Origin: Narcine bancroftii
Taxonomy: Eukaryota
Length of the DNA stretch: 64,000 nt
Assembly: GCF_036971445.1 (NCBI RefSeq)
Contig: NC_091472.1
Span: 171,492,001-171,556,000 of the forward strand
Direction of reading: 5' to 3'
Positions 13,790 through 26,485 of the stretch are shown here, piece by piece. Positions within the stretch are counted from its first letter, which is position 1; each line of letters opens with the position of its first letter. Made by a program: the position numbers and the translations under genes. The notes under the pieces are model-generated. The model had not been told where the DNA came from and ran no database searches. It saw only the letters and a program-made list of their open reading frames with translations.

Positions 13790-14640
13790 TCAGGACCTCA
13801 TAATTTTGTACACCTCTATCAGATTCCTCCACAGTCTCTTATAACTAGAACATTCCATCCACAGAACATCTTGGTGAACCTCCTGTGCTCCCTGTCCAGT
13901 GCAATTATGTCCTACCCACAGTGCAGACTAGAACTGCACACAACATTCCAACTGTGCCACGACAAGTATTTTATTAATTCAGTCTGTCCATGCTATTAAT
14001 AATAAAGGCAAACAGCCTGCATGCCTTTTTCATCCCCTATCTACCCATGCCAGCACCTACAGGGATCCTTGGATTTGTTCACCAAAGTACCTTCATCCCT
14101 CATCCTCCATTGAATTTTTACTTTAATTAGACGCAAAATGCATCACCTCACATGGATCATGATTAAATTCAGTGTTTCATCGTCCTGCTGAATTTATCAG
14201 CTGATTAGCATCATTCTATTGCGAAGTCTGCTTAAAATCCACACCACCATTTTTTGTGTAATGTGAACATTTAATTATTCCTCCCACATTCAAATTTTAA
14301 ATTAATGCTTACAAATGAAGTAGTTCAAGGTAGACCAAGGGCAAATAGGGATGGGCAATTAAATGCTGACTCAGACTGCAAAACCCAAGTCCCTTGAAAC
14401 CAAAAAAAAAAGCAAGGTCACAGCACCACTAACTGGTCACAGGCTTCCAATTATAAAAGCAATCCTCCACCATTACCTTCTGTCTCCTATTATCAAGCCA
14501 ATGTGTCCAATTTGCCAACTTTATTGGATACCCTGGGCTCTAACCTTATCAACCTGCCTTTCATCTAGCAACCTGTCAAAAGCCATAATGAAGTTTAGGT
14601 AAACCACATCAACTGTAATGCCCTCTTGAATACATTGTGA
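13790..14640 (-). mobile_element. Old CR1-like LINE fragments
   Basis: Minus-strand VDVVYLNFIMAFDRL (VDVVYLDFxKAFD-like) and other degraded CR1 RT-region text; boundaries approximate. Confidence 0.55.
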
Positions 14641-15385
14641 CAACGACGCTGCCGCAAAACACCAAATTTCAAGGCTTGTCATGACAAATTCTGATTCTGA
14701 GCTCTTCAAGAAAAAACATTAAACAGGATCTTCCACCAACAGATCAAGCTGATTCAAAATGTTTCAATAAAGTAAACCTGCCTAACGGTGTGACAGTTGA
14801 ATTTAAACTTGTCGCCTAAAATAACTTTACAAAACTAAATAAATACCGAACATACATTCTCAGTGGCACACCAGTAATTTTAACAGCCAAGAGTACAACT
14901 TGAATATCTGGGATTTAATTCTTATTTCACCCAGAGGTTAGAACAATGATTCACAATTGACCTTGAGAAAATAGAAAATCATTCAGGTTTCCTGACCTTC
15001 ATCAAAGTAGATTTTAGATTGGATTGGAAATTAAGTTAACTGCTGCTCTAGTCCAAAAAGGTCAAATTCAAGTACGTGCGAATTCAAGCTTTTGAAAGAG
15101 GAAACATTTCTGCACATGGTTTGATCTCTGTATTTAGGCAAGTGCACAATTATCTTGTTATACATTAATTAGTTATTTTTTTTATTATATTGGGTGTACA
15201 AAAAAACAGATTGTCCAGATTGATAGCTATTATCTAAACATATCTGGTCTCCAAAATATATTTGCTGCCTAGTCCTGGGGAGACCTACTTTATTTATAAT
15301 ACTAAAATTCATCATGATGAACTGCAGAACACTCATTCAAGATCAATATCTGCTAAAAATCATACACTGATTTCTTTATGAAGTA

Positions 15386-16303
15386 ATGTTTGGCCTGGAA
15401 GTCAGCCTGAAGAAAACTGAGGTCCTCCATCAGCCAGCTCCCCACCATGACTACCAGCCCCCCCACATCTCCATCGGGCACACAAAACTCAAAACGGTCA
15501 ACCAGTTTACCTATCTCGGCTGCACCATTTCATCAGATGCAAGGATCGACAATGAGATAGACAACAGACTCGCCAAGGCAAATAGCGCCTTTGGAAGACT
15601 ACACAAAAGAGTCTGGAAAAACAACCAACTGAAAAACCTCACAAAGATAAGCGTATACAGAGCCGTTGTCATACCCACACTCCTGTTCGGCTCCGAATCA
15701 TGGGTCCTCTACCGGCACCACCTACGGCTCCTAGAACGCTTCCACCAGCGTTGTCTCCGCTCCATCCTCAACATCCATTGGAGCGCTTTCATCCCTAACG
15801 TCGAAGTACTCGAGATGGCAGAGGTCGACAGCATCGAGTCCACGCTGCTGAAGATCCAGCTGCGCTGGATGGGTCACGTCTCCAGAATGGAGGACCATCA
15901 CCTTCCCAAGATCGTGTTATATGGCGAGCTCTCCACTGGCCACCGTGACAGAGGTGCACCAAAGAAAAGGTACAAGGACTGCCTAAAGAAATCTCTTGGT
16001 GCCTGCCACATTGACCACCGCCAGTGGGCTGATAACGCCTCAAACCGTGCATCTTGGCGCCTCACAGTTTGGCGGGCAGCAACCTCCTTTGAAGAAGACC
16101 GCAGAGCCCACCTCACTGACAAAAGGCAAAGGAGGAAAAACCCAACACCCAACCCCAACCAACCAACCAATTTTCCCCTGCAACCGCTGCAACCGTGTCT
16201 GCCTGTCCCGCATCGGACTTGTCAGCCACAAACGAGCCTGCAGCTGACGTGGACTTTTACCCCCTCCATAAATCTTCGTCCGCGAAGCCAAGCCAAAGAA
16301 GAG
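15386..16303 (+). mobile_element. 5'-truncated RTE-clade LINE
   Basis: ORF FGLEVSLKKTEV...FTYLGCTIS...RLAKANSAFGRL...; a 4-bp AACC duplication shifts the C-terminal zinc-finger frame. Confidence 0.92.
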
Positions 16304-17879
16304 AAAAAAATTACAGTACAAAATATGGAATTTTGATTAAACAAACAGTAAATTGAGTCTTCTATTACTGCAGAGGTTAAAAAATAGAAAAAAATACTTG
16401 GATATTTGCAATGCAAGGTTAAAGAATGATTCAATTTGATGACAAGTTAATCCAAAGTGAAGTTGACTGGTTAGTTGCTTCGTCAATCAAGTTTAGTGCC
16501 CACACTTATGAATTGAGCAATTCATTTTTTGCACCTAATTTACCCTTTGCTGCATTTTCCTCGCAAAATTGCCCTGCTTTACTTGGAAGAAATTGCCACA
16601 ATTTATTTCCTTTTCAAAGCAATGTTGATAATCACTGTGACCTTTCCTCATTTGAGCAATGGAGACAAATACACAAAGGGTTAACATCAAATTTTGGTCT
16701 TTATTATTACCATGACAAACTTTGGGAAATCCACTGAGCCCTTTATTTCAGCTCATTGACATTCCAATGGTTCTACAAATAATTGATCATTCACAGTATA
16801 TGGATATTTTCTAAAGCCCAAATGACATGAAAACTTATCCCCATCCTTTGTTTTCTGAAACATCAGTGATGTGTTTTCACAATATTTACTGTGGACTCTC
16901 TACTCTTCAAACTTTCCAATTAATGCTGAATATCAACATTCAGTGATCAATGGATCTCCTGGCCATGAATCCTCTAATTTTTGGAATATGGATTACATTT
17001 TAAAGGCAAGCATTTATTATTTATTGTTTTTGTGAACTATCGCAATCCAGGTGAGGTGAGAGTGACATCAAAGTAGCATTTACTTGAGTTAGGAATGAAG
17101 GAACCCTGGTAAATCCGAAATCAGTGGTTGAAGTTGTATCTCACACAAGACAATGACTGTCAATCATTCTTACTCTCAGAACATCACTGAGGGAGTTCTT
17201 TGACGCACTATCCTCAGGCCAAGCAACTTCAGAGATATCAAAATTTTCTACCGTAAAGTCACAAAGTTAAATTTCATTCACAACACCTCAAATAAGGAAG
17301 AAACCCATGCCTAGATTCATGAAGACATAGACCAAGTTAAGACATAATCTGACTAATAAGAAATAATGTGCATGTCTCAAGAGTTCCAAACAATTACAAT
17401 TTCTAACTTTAACATTCTATGGTACTGTATTATATTTCTTAAATCCTTCACCAATTTTCTCCTGACACAAGGACAAACATAACAAGAAATTTGACAAACA
17501 TCCAGTTTAATATAACCCACTTGTCTGGCAGTTCAACCTCTAAACATTTACTTCCTCCATCACCAGCTACACTGTATTATCTATAAAGAGCACTGCAGTT
17601 CCTTATTTCAGCTGCACTGTAGCTGAAACTTTCAACATCTATCACCAAGAAGAATAAGGGCAACAGCTGCACTGTAACACCATCTCTTGAACTTCCCCTG
17701 CAAGATAACACCTTCATCATCACTGAGTCAAAATTCTGGACCCACCTGTCCAAATGCAGAGTAGTGGTCTAATGGTGATAGGTCACCATCACCTTCTCAA
17801 GGGTGATTAGGAATGGCCTATTAATACAAGCCTCACCTGTGATAGCCAGATTCCCAAACCATAAATGAAAAAAAATCTG

Positions 17880-18030
17880 GCCTGGCAAAGGAGCTTGGTT
17901 TCAATCTGTGGTGCTGTCCATATGGAGTTTGGATGTTCTCCCTGGGTGCTCTGGTTTCTTCCCACATCCCAAAGATGGGTAGGATAGTAGGTTATTTGGC
18001 CATTATAAATTGATCCTAGTGCATAGATGA
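17880..18030 (+). mobile_element. V-SINE/HE1-like tRNA-derived SINE fragment
   Basis: GGAGTTTGGATGTTCTCCCTGGGTGCTCTGGTTTCTTCCCACATCCCAAAGA core; related copies near 32800-33125, 36340-36545, 49380-49560, 53185-53425 and 62080-62220. Confidence 0.7.
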
Positions 18031-18983
18031 GTGGTTGCATAAAAAAGGATATTTTTGATAGGATTATAGGGAGAATAAAATGGGATCAATGGAAGTTGGC
18101 TTCCTTTGGATACAGATTGACAAAAAGTAAAAACACAATGATGGAAAAACTCAGCAGGTCAAACAGTGTATTTTATGTAGCAAAGATAAAGATACCCAAC
18201 GTTTCAGGCTTGAGCCCATCATCAAGACAAGTTTTCAGCCACCTAAACCTGTCCAGCTCTCCTATAGCTCATTATCTATCTTCCTCAAATCAAGAGCAGT
18301 AAAGTGACAAAGCAATACTAAATGTAATTGACCGTGTAATTTTGGAGTTGGCTCTCGGAGGTGTTATTGCTATCATTAATATTTCCCACATTCATGACCG
18401 AAAAAATGGACATCAGACTGCCAACCAGATTGTCAAAATAGATTGTATGTGCTGGAGGCAAGCATTGATGATTGTCGAGAATAGTTAAACAACTATTTTC
18501 TCCTTTAAAGACATCGGAAAAACAAGATCAGTATATCATTAGCTAAAATGCAAGGATGACTACTGGGAAAACAAGACTTGTAATTTAAAAACTTCAAATA
18601 CCTTTTAAATTTCACCACAATTTTCTTCAGCTTGCCTCAAAGATAAATGCATTTTGACTCAGGTTAGATATACTTATTTTATATTATTGGCATTATCTTG
18701 GGTTAGGCAAAAGGAAAATTAGCTACAAGTCTCAAAGGAAATTCTATAAAACAACTCCTATATGTTCACATCGTAATACTTGGTGAAATTAGAATTAATT
18801 TTGTCCGATACTAACATTACAAAATCTTTGAAATCTAAGATGGCAAACAGAATGTTCTGGCCAATGACGCTCAGTGTAGATCTGACATCAGGAAAGTTCA
18901 AGGGGGTATTTTCAATTAATGAAAAATTGGTATTCAATCCATAATCAGGTTTATAACTGGAGGTGGTGCTGAAAATCTAGGTG

Positions 18984-19785
18984 GATAAGAGCCAAAATTG
19001 AAATTTTGGCTCTTATCCATGACTCATTTCTATGCACCGGGTGCAGTTTGATTCAATTTAAAGTGGTGCATTTTTCTAAAGTTAAGTTCGTTCGAATCTA
19101 CCCAGATATCAATTCGTGCGACAAATGTAAAAGATTTGAAGCCTCTTTGATACCTATGTTTTGGTTTTGTCCCAATTTAGCAGAATATTGGAAAGCTATT
19201 CTCAGAACATTTTCGGTCATTTTTGAGATCGATCTAGAGCCATGTCCATTGATTGCAATGTTTGGCTTCTCCAGTGATGTAAACCAAAAACAGGTCTTAG
19301 CATTTTCTACATCACTGGCTAGAAGAGGAATATTGCTTAAATGGAAAGAGGCCTTTCCACCCACCCATAGACAATGGTTTATGGATATTATGTCCTTTCT
19401 AAGTTTGGAAAAAAAATCAGACATCATGTTAGGAAGATTAAGATCTCTTTCAACAAGATTTGGGGTCCATTTATAGCTTACTTTCATAATTGGAATGATT
19501 AAGGTGTGAGGATGCAGTAAATGGGCATGTTTTGTTGGATCTCCGGAGGCTCGATTTCAAGTCTGCTTGAATACCAATTTCAACCTTGGTTGGTGGATGG
19601 AGTTAGATCTTTATAATCAACCTTTTTTTTCTTTTTCCACTATTCATTATATGTTTAAGTTGGAATATGAGTCCATTTATTATTATTCCTATATGATACA
19701 GTAATCAAAATGTATATTATATTTAATTTATATGGACTTTCAATGTATGGATGTATGATAAAACTCAATAAAAATAATTTTAAAA
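18984..19785 (+). mobile_element. 5'-truncated L1/Tx1 LINE 3' end with TSD
   Basis: ORF2 C-terminus (CDKCK...MFWFCP...YW...QWFMDIMSFLSLEK), AATAAA and A-rich tail; 13-bp TSD GAAAATCTAGGTG at 18971-18983 and 19786-19798. Confidence 0.85.
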
Positions 19786-19862
19786 GAAAATCTAGGTGAA
19801 TATTCAGGAAGGACAACTGAGAAATCACCAAGCATTTGCAGTACTTGCGGCAAAACATTTAC

Positions 19863-19966
19863 CTGGTGGTGCCACGAAGTATTCCTCCACAGCCTGCCTT
19901 GCATTGCTCAAGACTGCTTCAGTACAGTCACCATCAGTGACCTCATCTGCCCGCAAATATAAAGGC
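19863..19966 (-). CDS. GATC: GATC exon 4
   Basis: ttttcccctcacag|(R)[34 protein letters not shown](G)|gtaaat. Confidence 0.94.
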
Positions 19967-21303
19967 CTGTGAGGGGAAAAATAAAGCAATGTTTCTGCAA
20001 TATAATTGAATGGCACTTCTATATTAGTTATTTTTGGTTCCATATCCATCTTCCTCATATCAAGAGCAGAAAGTCACTAATAATCAGATAATGTTGACCC
20101 TATAATTTTGGTGTTGGCTCTGGGAGATGTTATTGCATACATTAATACTCCTCATCTTGGTGGCCACAAAATTTTCATCACACTGCCAACCAGAAGAGCA
20201 GGAATGTAAAAAGTAGACTGGACATACTGAAGAAGTAAGCTTTGATGTCAAGAATAATTAAACAAAAGTCTCTGAGAGGCACTGCAAAGTAACATCATTG
20301 CATGGTGGCTTCCGGGGTTCTGTTTAACCTTAACAGAAATGTAAAAAATTATTTCATGTAATATGAAATAAATATTTAAAATCCCATCTATGCAAGCTCT
20401 GACTTTACTAATTTTGCAAGGATTGTGGATTCTAATATACACATCCAGTTAAATGTTAAAAACTTGACTAATAAATATAAATATTTAAACTAGAATCAGA
20501 CAGCACAGTATTGGAGATAGTCTTGATAAAGTCATCAGTCTGATACACTAACCCTTCCTGCAGATACTGTCACATCTGCCAAACATTGCCAACAACTTCT
20601 GATTTTTTGCAATAACCTGCTAGATTGAAGACAATAAATAACAAGAAATTTCTCTGCATGCAACAAAGAAGAAACTAGATTAATGTATTTGGCATAGACC
20701 TTTTTCCAGTGCAATCAAATCCAAAAGGTTTTATGTTGTTGTATTGGACCAAAGACCTTTTTGCTTCTAACAGTACACGGCATCCTGTGCTCTCCTGATT
20801 TCTCTAATTAATGAATAAAGTTCAAAAAGAACCTTATGAGGCTCCATCAAGTTAAATTTAGCAAAATAAGCATTTCATTTAATTGCAGGAGCCATAGAAT
20901 TGTACAACAGAGTAATTAGTCCTCTGGCCCATCATGTTTACATATCGACCTTTTTGCCCACTTATCCCATTTGCCTACACTTGATCCTTCTCCTTCGATG
21001 CCTTGCCTGTTCAAGTGCCTGTCAAAATATCTCTTAGACATAGAATATATTCACCACCTCCTTTGACAGAAAGATCCCCTTTAAAACTACTTTACCTCTC
21101 TTGTTTTGATCCCCCCATCACCATGGAAAAATAATTCTGATTGTCCATCTTCTCTATAACTCTTATATACCTCTATTAAGTCACCCCTCCTCCAGGAAAA
21201 TCAAGCTCAGCTCACCCAGTTACTCTCTATAACTAAAATCTTCCAATCCCCGTGAATCTCCTCTGAACTATTGGTAGGAAAGTTCATATTTTTCTGTTGT
21301 CTC

Positions 21304-21400
21304 TTTCAAAAATAACACAAATTTAAGAATACTTTTTCAAAAATAACACAAATTTAAGAATTCCTTTTCAAAAATAACACAAATTTAAGAATACTTTTTC
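21304..21400. repeat. 31-bp AT-rich tandem repeat, ~3 copies
   Basis: TTTTCAAAAATAACACAAATTTAAGAATACT unit; CAAAAATAAC recurs at 21307, 21338 and 21369. Confidence 0.9.
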
Positions 21401-21879
21401 AGCTGTCCACAACTTTGATGGTGCAAGAATATTTTTTGAACTCAGAGAGTTCAAGTGCAGGCATTTTATCTCAGGATAGGGGCATCTCTGTCAGGGCCTG
21501 CCTCCACTGGCCATACTAAGTTGCCCTTGAGTGATCTCTTAACAGAAGTTGCAGGAGTAAGTCTCAAGCCTGTTGCAACATTCAATAGCACCATCCATGG
21601 CTGATCCAATCTTGAATGCAGCTTCACTTACTTGCATGTTTCCCTGAACCATTGATTTCCCAATAGTCCAAAAATTTGCCTCAGCCTTGCATGCATTTTA
21701 TGACGCAGCTTCCTGAGCTCTTTGAGTTAGAGAATCCTAATGATGCATGATCCCGAATCTCCTCATCTACCCCTTAAATGGGTGACCTCCAAATCTAAAA
21801 TGCCCAATAAGACACAAGAATCTCATTGCCTTACAGATCACGATAGATTCCACATATTCTGCCTGACCTCAATACCTAT

Positions 21880-22300
21880 AACTGTATGCTGCTGCAGAGC
21901 ATTGGATTGGAGGTCAATTCACAGGACCATTAAGTGCGGTAGAGAAGATCACTGGAGTCTCCCTGTCCCCCATCGATATGATCTACTGGGATCATTTTCT
22001 GAAGAGGGCACACAAAATCATTGAGGACCCTGCATACAGCATCTTTTAGCTACTCCTATCGGGAAGGAGGTACAGGAGTATCAGAGCCAGCACCACCAGG
22101 CTGAGGAGTAGCTTCTTCCCATAGGCAGTGAGAATGCTGAACCAAAGGAACTGCTCACACTAACTACCTGAGACTTTCTTTACTAAACATATTATTTATT
22201 TATAATAAATATTTATTAATCGTGTGCCTGCATGTTTTGCACTGAGAACCGGAGAATGCAGTTTCATCAGATTGTACTTGAGCAATCGGTTAATGAACTT
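21880..22300 (+). mobile_element. Rex1/Babar- or CR1-like LINE 3' fragment
   Basis: ...CCTATCGGGAAGGAGGTACAGGAGTATCAGAGCCAGCACCACCAGGCTGAGGAGTAGCTTCTTCCC typical 3' ORF end; a related minus copy lies near 28720-29200. Confidence 0.55.
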
Positions 22301-22409
22301 GTATACCTCCACCACATTCTGTCTTTATCCCAAACCATGTAACTGTTGCAACTATTGGTAGACAAATAAATAACCAATTTACAGTTATACAACAAGAGGC
22401 ATTTTTTAC

Positions 22410-22570
22410 CGGTTTTCCAGGACTGAATCCATGGGCTCCACTTCCTCAGTGTCAACAACATGCAGCTGGTTGGCAAACTGTATGGCACTTGCCAGCCTTT
22501 GCACACCCTCCTGGTTGCGAAAATCCACAAGTGCCAGACACTCCAGATGGTCAATCATTTCCATAGAAAC
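22410..22570 (-). CDS. GATC: GATC exon 3
   Basis: ctccaaacag|[53 protein letters not shown](R)|gtaaaa; Glu-tRNA(Gln) amidotransferase subunit C core. An in-frame acceptor 24 nt upstream is an alternative. Confidence 0.92.
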
Positions 22571-23299
22571 CTGTTTGGAGTTAAACAAGAAAGTCTGCAG
22601 ATGCTGGGAATCGAGTGCATTATACAAACAAGCTGGAGAGACTCAGCAAGTCACCCTTTACTTCCTATGGATGCTGTGTGACCTACCTGGTTTCTCCAGC
22701 TTGTATGGGTATTGTACATTTCCATGCACATCAACAGTTTTGCACATAAAGAGATGGAGACCTTGAGTATATCATCCATACCACAACATCAGCAACCCGG
22801 TGGTACACAGCAAACTGAACCTGGTTTGGCACAGTGTAAGGGCAGTATCCCTGGCCCTTTGTGCTGACAGTTTTACCCTTGTGTACTTAATTAGCACAGC
22901 TGTATTCAGTGACTTTTATAGCTCTCCCACCCCTCACCTGCAACACTTACCAGTTCAACAACTGAGTACTCTCCATTCCCCTCTCCCTTCCAAGCATCCT
23001 TTATGTGCAAGTCCTGATAAGTTTATCAAGAGGCTGATCAAAGCGACTGAATACAAAGCTGTCCACATATGAATTGTAGGCAGTGATTTGCTACCATGCA
23101 ATCAATCAGCTCCCTCATGGGAATCTAGGAATCCTATTATCATCATAGAAGCATATCAATGGCTTCTACCTCCTGTAATTCCAGTTCTCTGCTGCTCAGA
23201 GTTACCGACTCTAAAGCTGAGCCAAGATGAATGGCTTTCAGCTATTTTCAGTCCTTGGAACTTAATTGATAGTCTTCAAAAGGGTTTTCAATTGCTTAC

Positions 23300-23350
23300 C
23301 TCTGGAGACTGATTGTGTTCAGTCAGCGTCCAGGTTGGAGTCTTGGGCAC
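23300..23350 (-). CDS. GATC: GATC exon 2 (51 nt)
   Basis: ctttgcag|VPKTPTWTLTEHNQSPE|gtaagc; phase 0 at both ends. Confidence 0.82.
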
Positions 23351-24019
23351 CTGCAAAGATTAAGAACACGGGTCTAAATAACAAAACATCAGTGGCAGGC
23401 ACTCATGGTTAAATGGTTACTAGCCCTTCATCGCTTGCTAGTTGACATATGCAATATAACTGTAATAAGATCAAAGGCCTTTGTGTAAAGTAGAACCCCA
23501 CCAGTTTAAAAATAGTCATGCAGCAAGCAAACAGGCTCTTTGGCCCATCTCATCCATGCTGGTCATCACATAATTCCACTTACCAGCCCATACCTTTATG
23601 CACAGAGATCTTTCAGTCAGACCCACTGTGCAGGTACCTAATGTCAGTATCTCAAAACAGTACCCATGGTCAGAGTCTAAAAACTGTCACTGCTCTCTGA
23701 GCTTTGCCAAAGGGAAGAGATTACCAGCCAAAGGAATAATTCCCAGATAATCACAAAGCCTCCTTGAAGAATGGGAAAACATTCTGCAAGCTGTGAATCT
23801 CTGGCCCATCGCCCTACCAAGAGGGCATGGGGGTGGCACTGAGCACTGTCGGAGGGGGAGGGGGTGGCACTGAGCACGGTCGGGGAGGGGGGGGGGGGGT
23901 TGAGGCAACCACTGGTTGCACCAAGCAGCCATCGCTTCCTACCCCACCTGTGGTGGACCCTGTGGGCGCCACCATGGCCTCACAATCACCTCTGGACCCA
24001 GAGCACAGACCTCCTCATC

Positions 24020-24400
24020 TGAGAAGGAGGACGAGTCAAGGGCCTTGGCCAGAGTCCCGGGGACGGCCCGGCCCGACCCAGTCTCTATCTCACCCGCGTC
24101 CCCCACCTTGCTCCGCCTCCGTCCGGACACCGGCCCATGCGCCACGTCGCTGTCGGGCGGCCGCGTTCCTCCGGCAGCCCGACGAGTCGCGGAGCGGAAA
24201 GGAAGCCACCACGCTGACAGCGGCAACGAGCGACGGACGGTCCACATCCCGGCATTGGGGGAGGGCAGGGCGCTGGGTCCGAGCTCCTCCCACAGGGGAG
24301 GGAGCTGCGCTGAGGCCGAGGCCGACGGCTCAGAGACTGCGCAGCGCAAGCAGCAAATACGGCCACTGTGTGCACTGGGATCCGCAGAGTGACCAGGTCA
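24020..24400. promoter_or_regulatory. CpG island / GATC promoter
   Basis: High GC and CpG density against an AT-rich background; TGCGCAGCGCA NRF1-like motif near 24338-24348. Confidence 0.7.
24107..24247 (-). CDS. GATC: GATC exon 1 (mitochondrial presequence-like)
   Basis: MWTVRRSLPLSAWWLPFRSATRRAAGGTRPPDSDVAHGPVSGRRRSK|gtgggg within a CpG island; Arg/Ser/Ala-rich N-terminus. Confidence 0.82.
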
Positions 24401-26485
24401 CTGGCCCCGTCCCCACACTCCGTAACCAGCAGACTGCCCCCACATCCACAGACCATAACCACAGGCTGGCCCCAACCCCACAGTCTGTCACCAGCAGGCT
24501 GGCCCCATCCCCACAGACTGTCACCAGCAGGCTGGCCCCATCCCCACAGACTGTCACCAGCAGGCTGGCCCCATCCCCACAGACTGTCACCAGCAGGCTG
24601 GCCCCATCCCCACAGACTGTCACCAGCAGGCTGGCCCCATCCCCACAGACTGTCACCAGCAGGCTGGCCCCATCCCCACAGACTGTCACCAGCAGGCTGG
24701 CCCCATCCCCACAGACTGTCACCAGCAGGCTGGCCCCATCCCCACAGACTGTCACCAGCAGGCTGGCCCCATCCCCACAGACTGTCACCAGCAGGCTGGC
24801 CCCATCCCCACAGACTGTCACCAGCAGGCTGGCCCCATCCCCACAGTCCGTAACCAGCGGACTGGCCCCACATCCACAGACTGTAACCAGCAGACTGGCC
24901 CCAACCCCACAGTCTGTAACCAGTAGGCTGGCCCCATCCACACAGACCGTATCCCGCAGGCTGGCCCCATCCCCACAGACTGTCACCAGCAGGCTGGCCC
25001 CATCCCCACAGTCCGTAACCAGCAGACTGCCCCCACATCCACAGACCATAACCACAGGCTGGCCCCAACCCCACAGTCTGTCACCAGTAGGCTGGCCCCA
25101 TCCCCACAGACTGTCACCAGCAGGCTGGCCCCATCCCCACAGTCCGTAACCAGCGGACTGGCCCCATCCCCACAGACTGTCACCAGCAGGCTGGCCCCAT
25201 CCCCACAGACTGTCACCAGCAGGCTGGCCCCATCCCCACAGACTGTCACCAGCAGGCTGGCCCCATCCCCACAGTCCGTAACCAGCGGACTGGCCCCACA
25301 TCCACAGACTGTAACCAGCAGACTGGTCCCAACCCCACAGTCTGTAACCAGTAGGCTGGCCCCATCCACACAGACCTTATCCCGCAGGCTGGCCCCATCC
25401 CCACAGACCGTATCCCGCAGGCTGGCCCCATCCCCACAGACTGTCACCAGCAGGCTGGCCCCATCCCCACAGTCCGTAACCAGCGGACTGGCCCCACATC
25501 CACAGACTGTAACCAGCAGACTGGCCCCAACCCCACAGTCTGTAACCAGTAGGCTGGCCCCATCCACACAGACCGTATCCCGCAGGCTGGCCCCATCCCC
25601 ACAGTCCGTAACCAGCGGACTGGCCCCACATCCACAGACTGTAACCAGCAGACTGGCCCCAACCCCACAGTCTGTAACCAGTAGGCTGGCCCCATCCACA
25701 CAGGCAATAACCCACAGGCTGGCCCAATCCCCACAGACTGTAAACAGCAGGCTGGACCCATCCCTACAGGCAGTAACCAGCAGGCTGGCCCCATCCCCAC
25801 AGACCATAACCCACAGGCTGGCCCCATCCCCACAGACTAACCAGCAGGCAGGCCCAATCCCCACAGAATGTCACCAGCAGGCTGGCCCCATCCCCACAGT
25901 CCGTAACCAGCAGACTGGCCCCACATCCACAGACTGTAACCAGCAGACTGGCCCCAACCCCACAGTCTGTTACCAGTAGGCTGGCCCCATCCACAAAGAC
26001 CGTATCCCGCAGGCTGGCCCCATCCCCACAGTCCGTAACCAGCGGACTGGCCCCACATCCACAGACTGTAACCAGCAGACTGGCCCCAACCCCACAGTCT
26101 GTAACCATTAGGCTGGCCCAATCCACACAGGCAATAACCCACAGGCTGGCCCAATCCCCACAGATTGTAAACAGCAGGCTGGACCCATCCCTACAGGCAG
26201 TAACCAGCAGGCTGGCCCCATCCCCACAGACCATAACCCAAAAGCTGGCCCCATCCCCACAAACTAACCAGCAGGAAGGCCCAATCCCCACAGAATGTCA
26301 CCAGCAGGCTGGCCCCATCCCCACAGTCCGTAACCAGTGGACTGGCCCCACATCCACAGACTGTAACCAGCAGACTGGCCCCAACCCCACAGTCTGTAAC
26401 CAGTAGGCTGGCCCCATCCACATAGACCATAACCCGCAGGCTGGCCCCATCCACACAGACCGTAACCCGCAGGCTGGCCCCATCC
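24392..26485. repeat. 33-bp GC-rich minisatellite, proximal block
   Basis: Unit GGCTGGCCCCATCCCCACAGACTGTCACCAGCA; ~10 perfect units at about 24490-24845, then variant units. Confidence 0.97.

Noticed and set aside
24086-24096. Stronger-looking donor G|GTGAGA for GATC exon 1
   Set aside because: Phase 1, incompatible with the phase-0 exon 2; AAG|GTGGGG at 24107 keeps the frame
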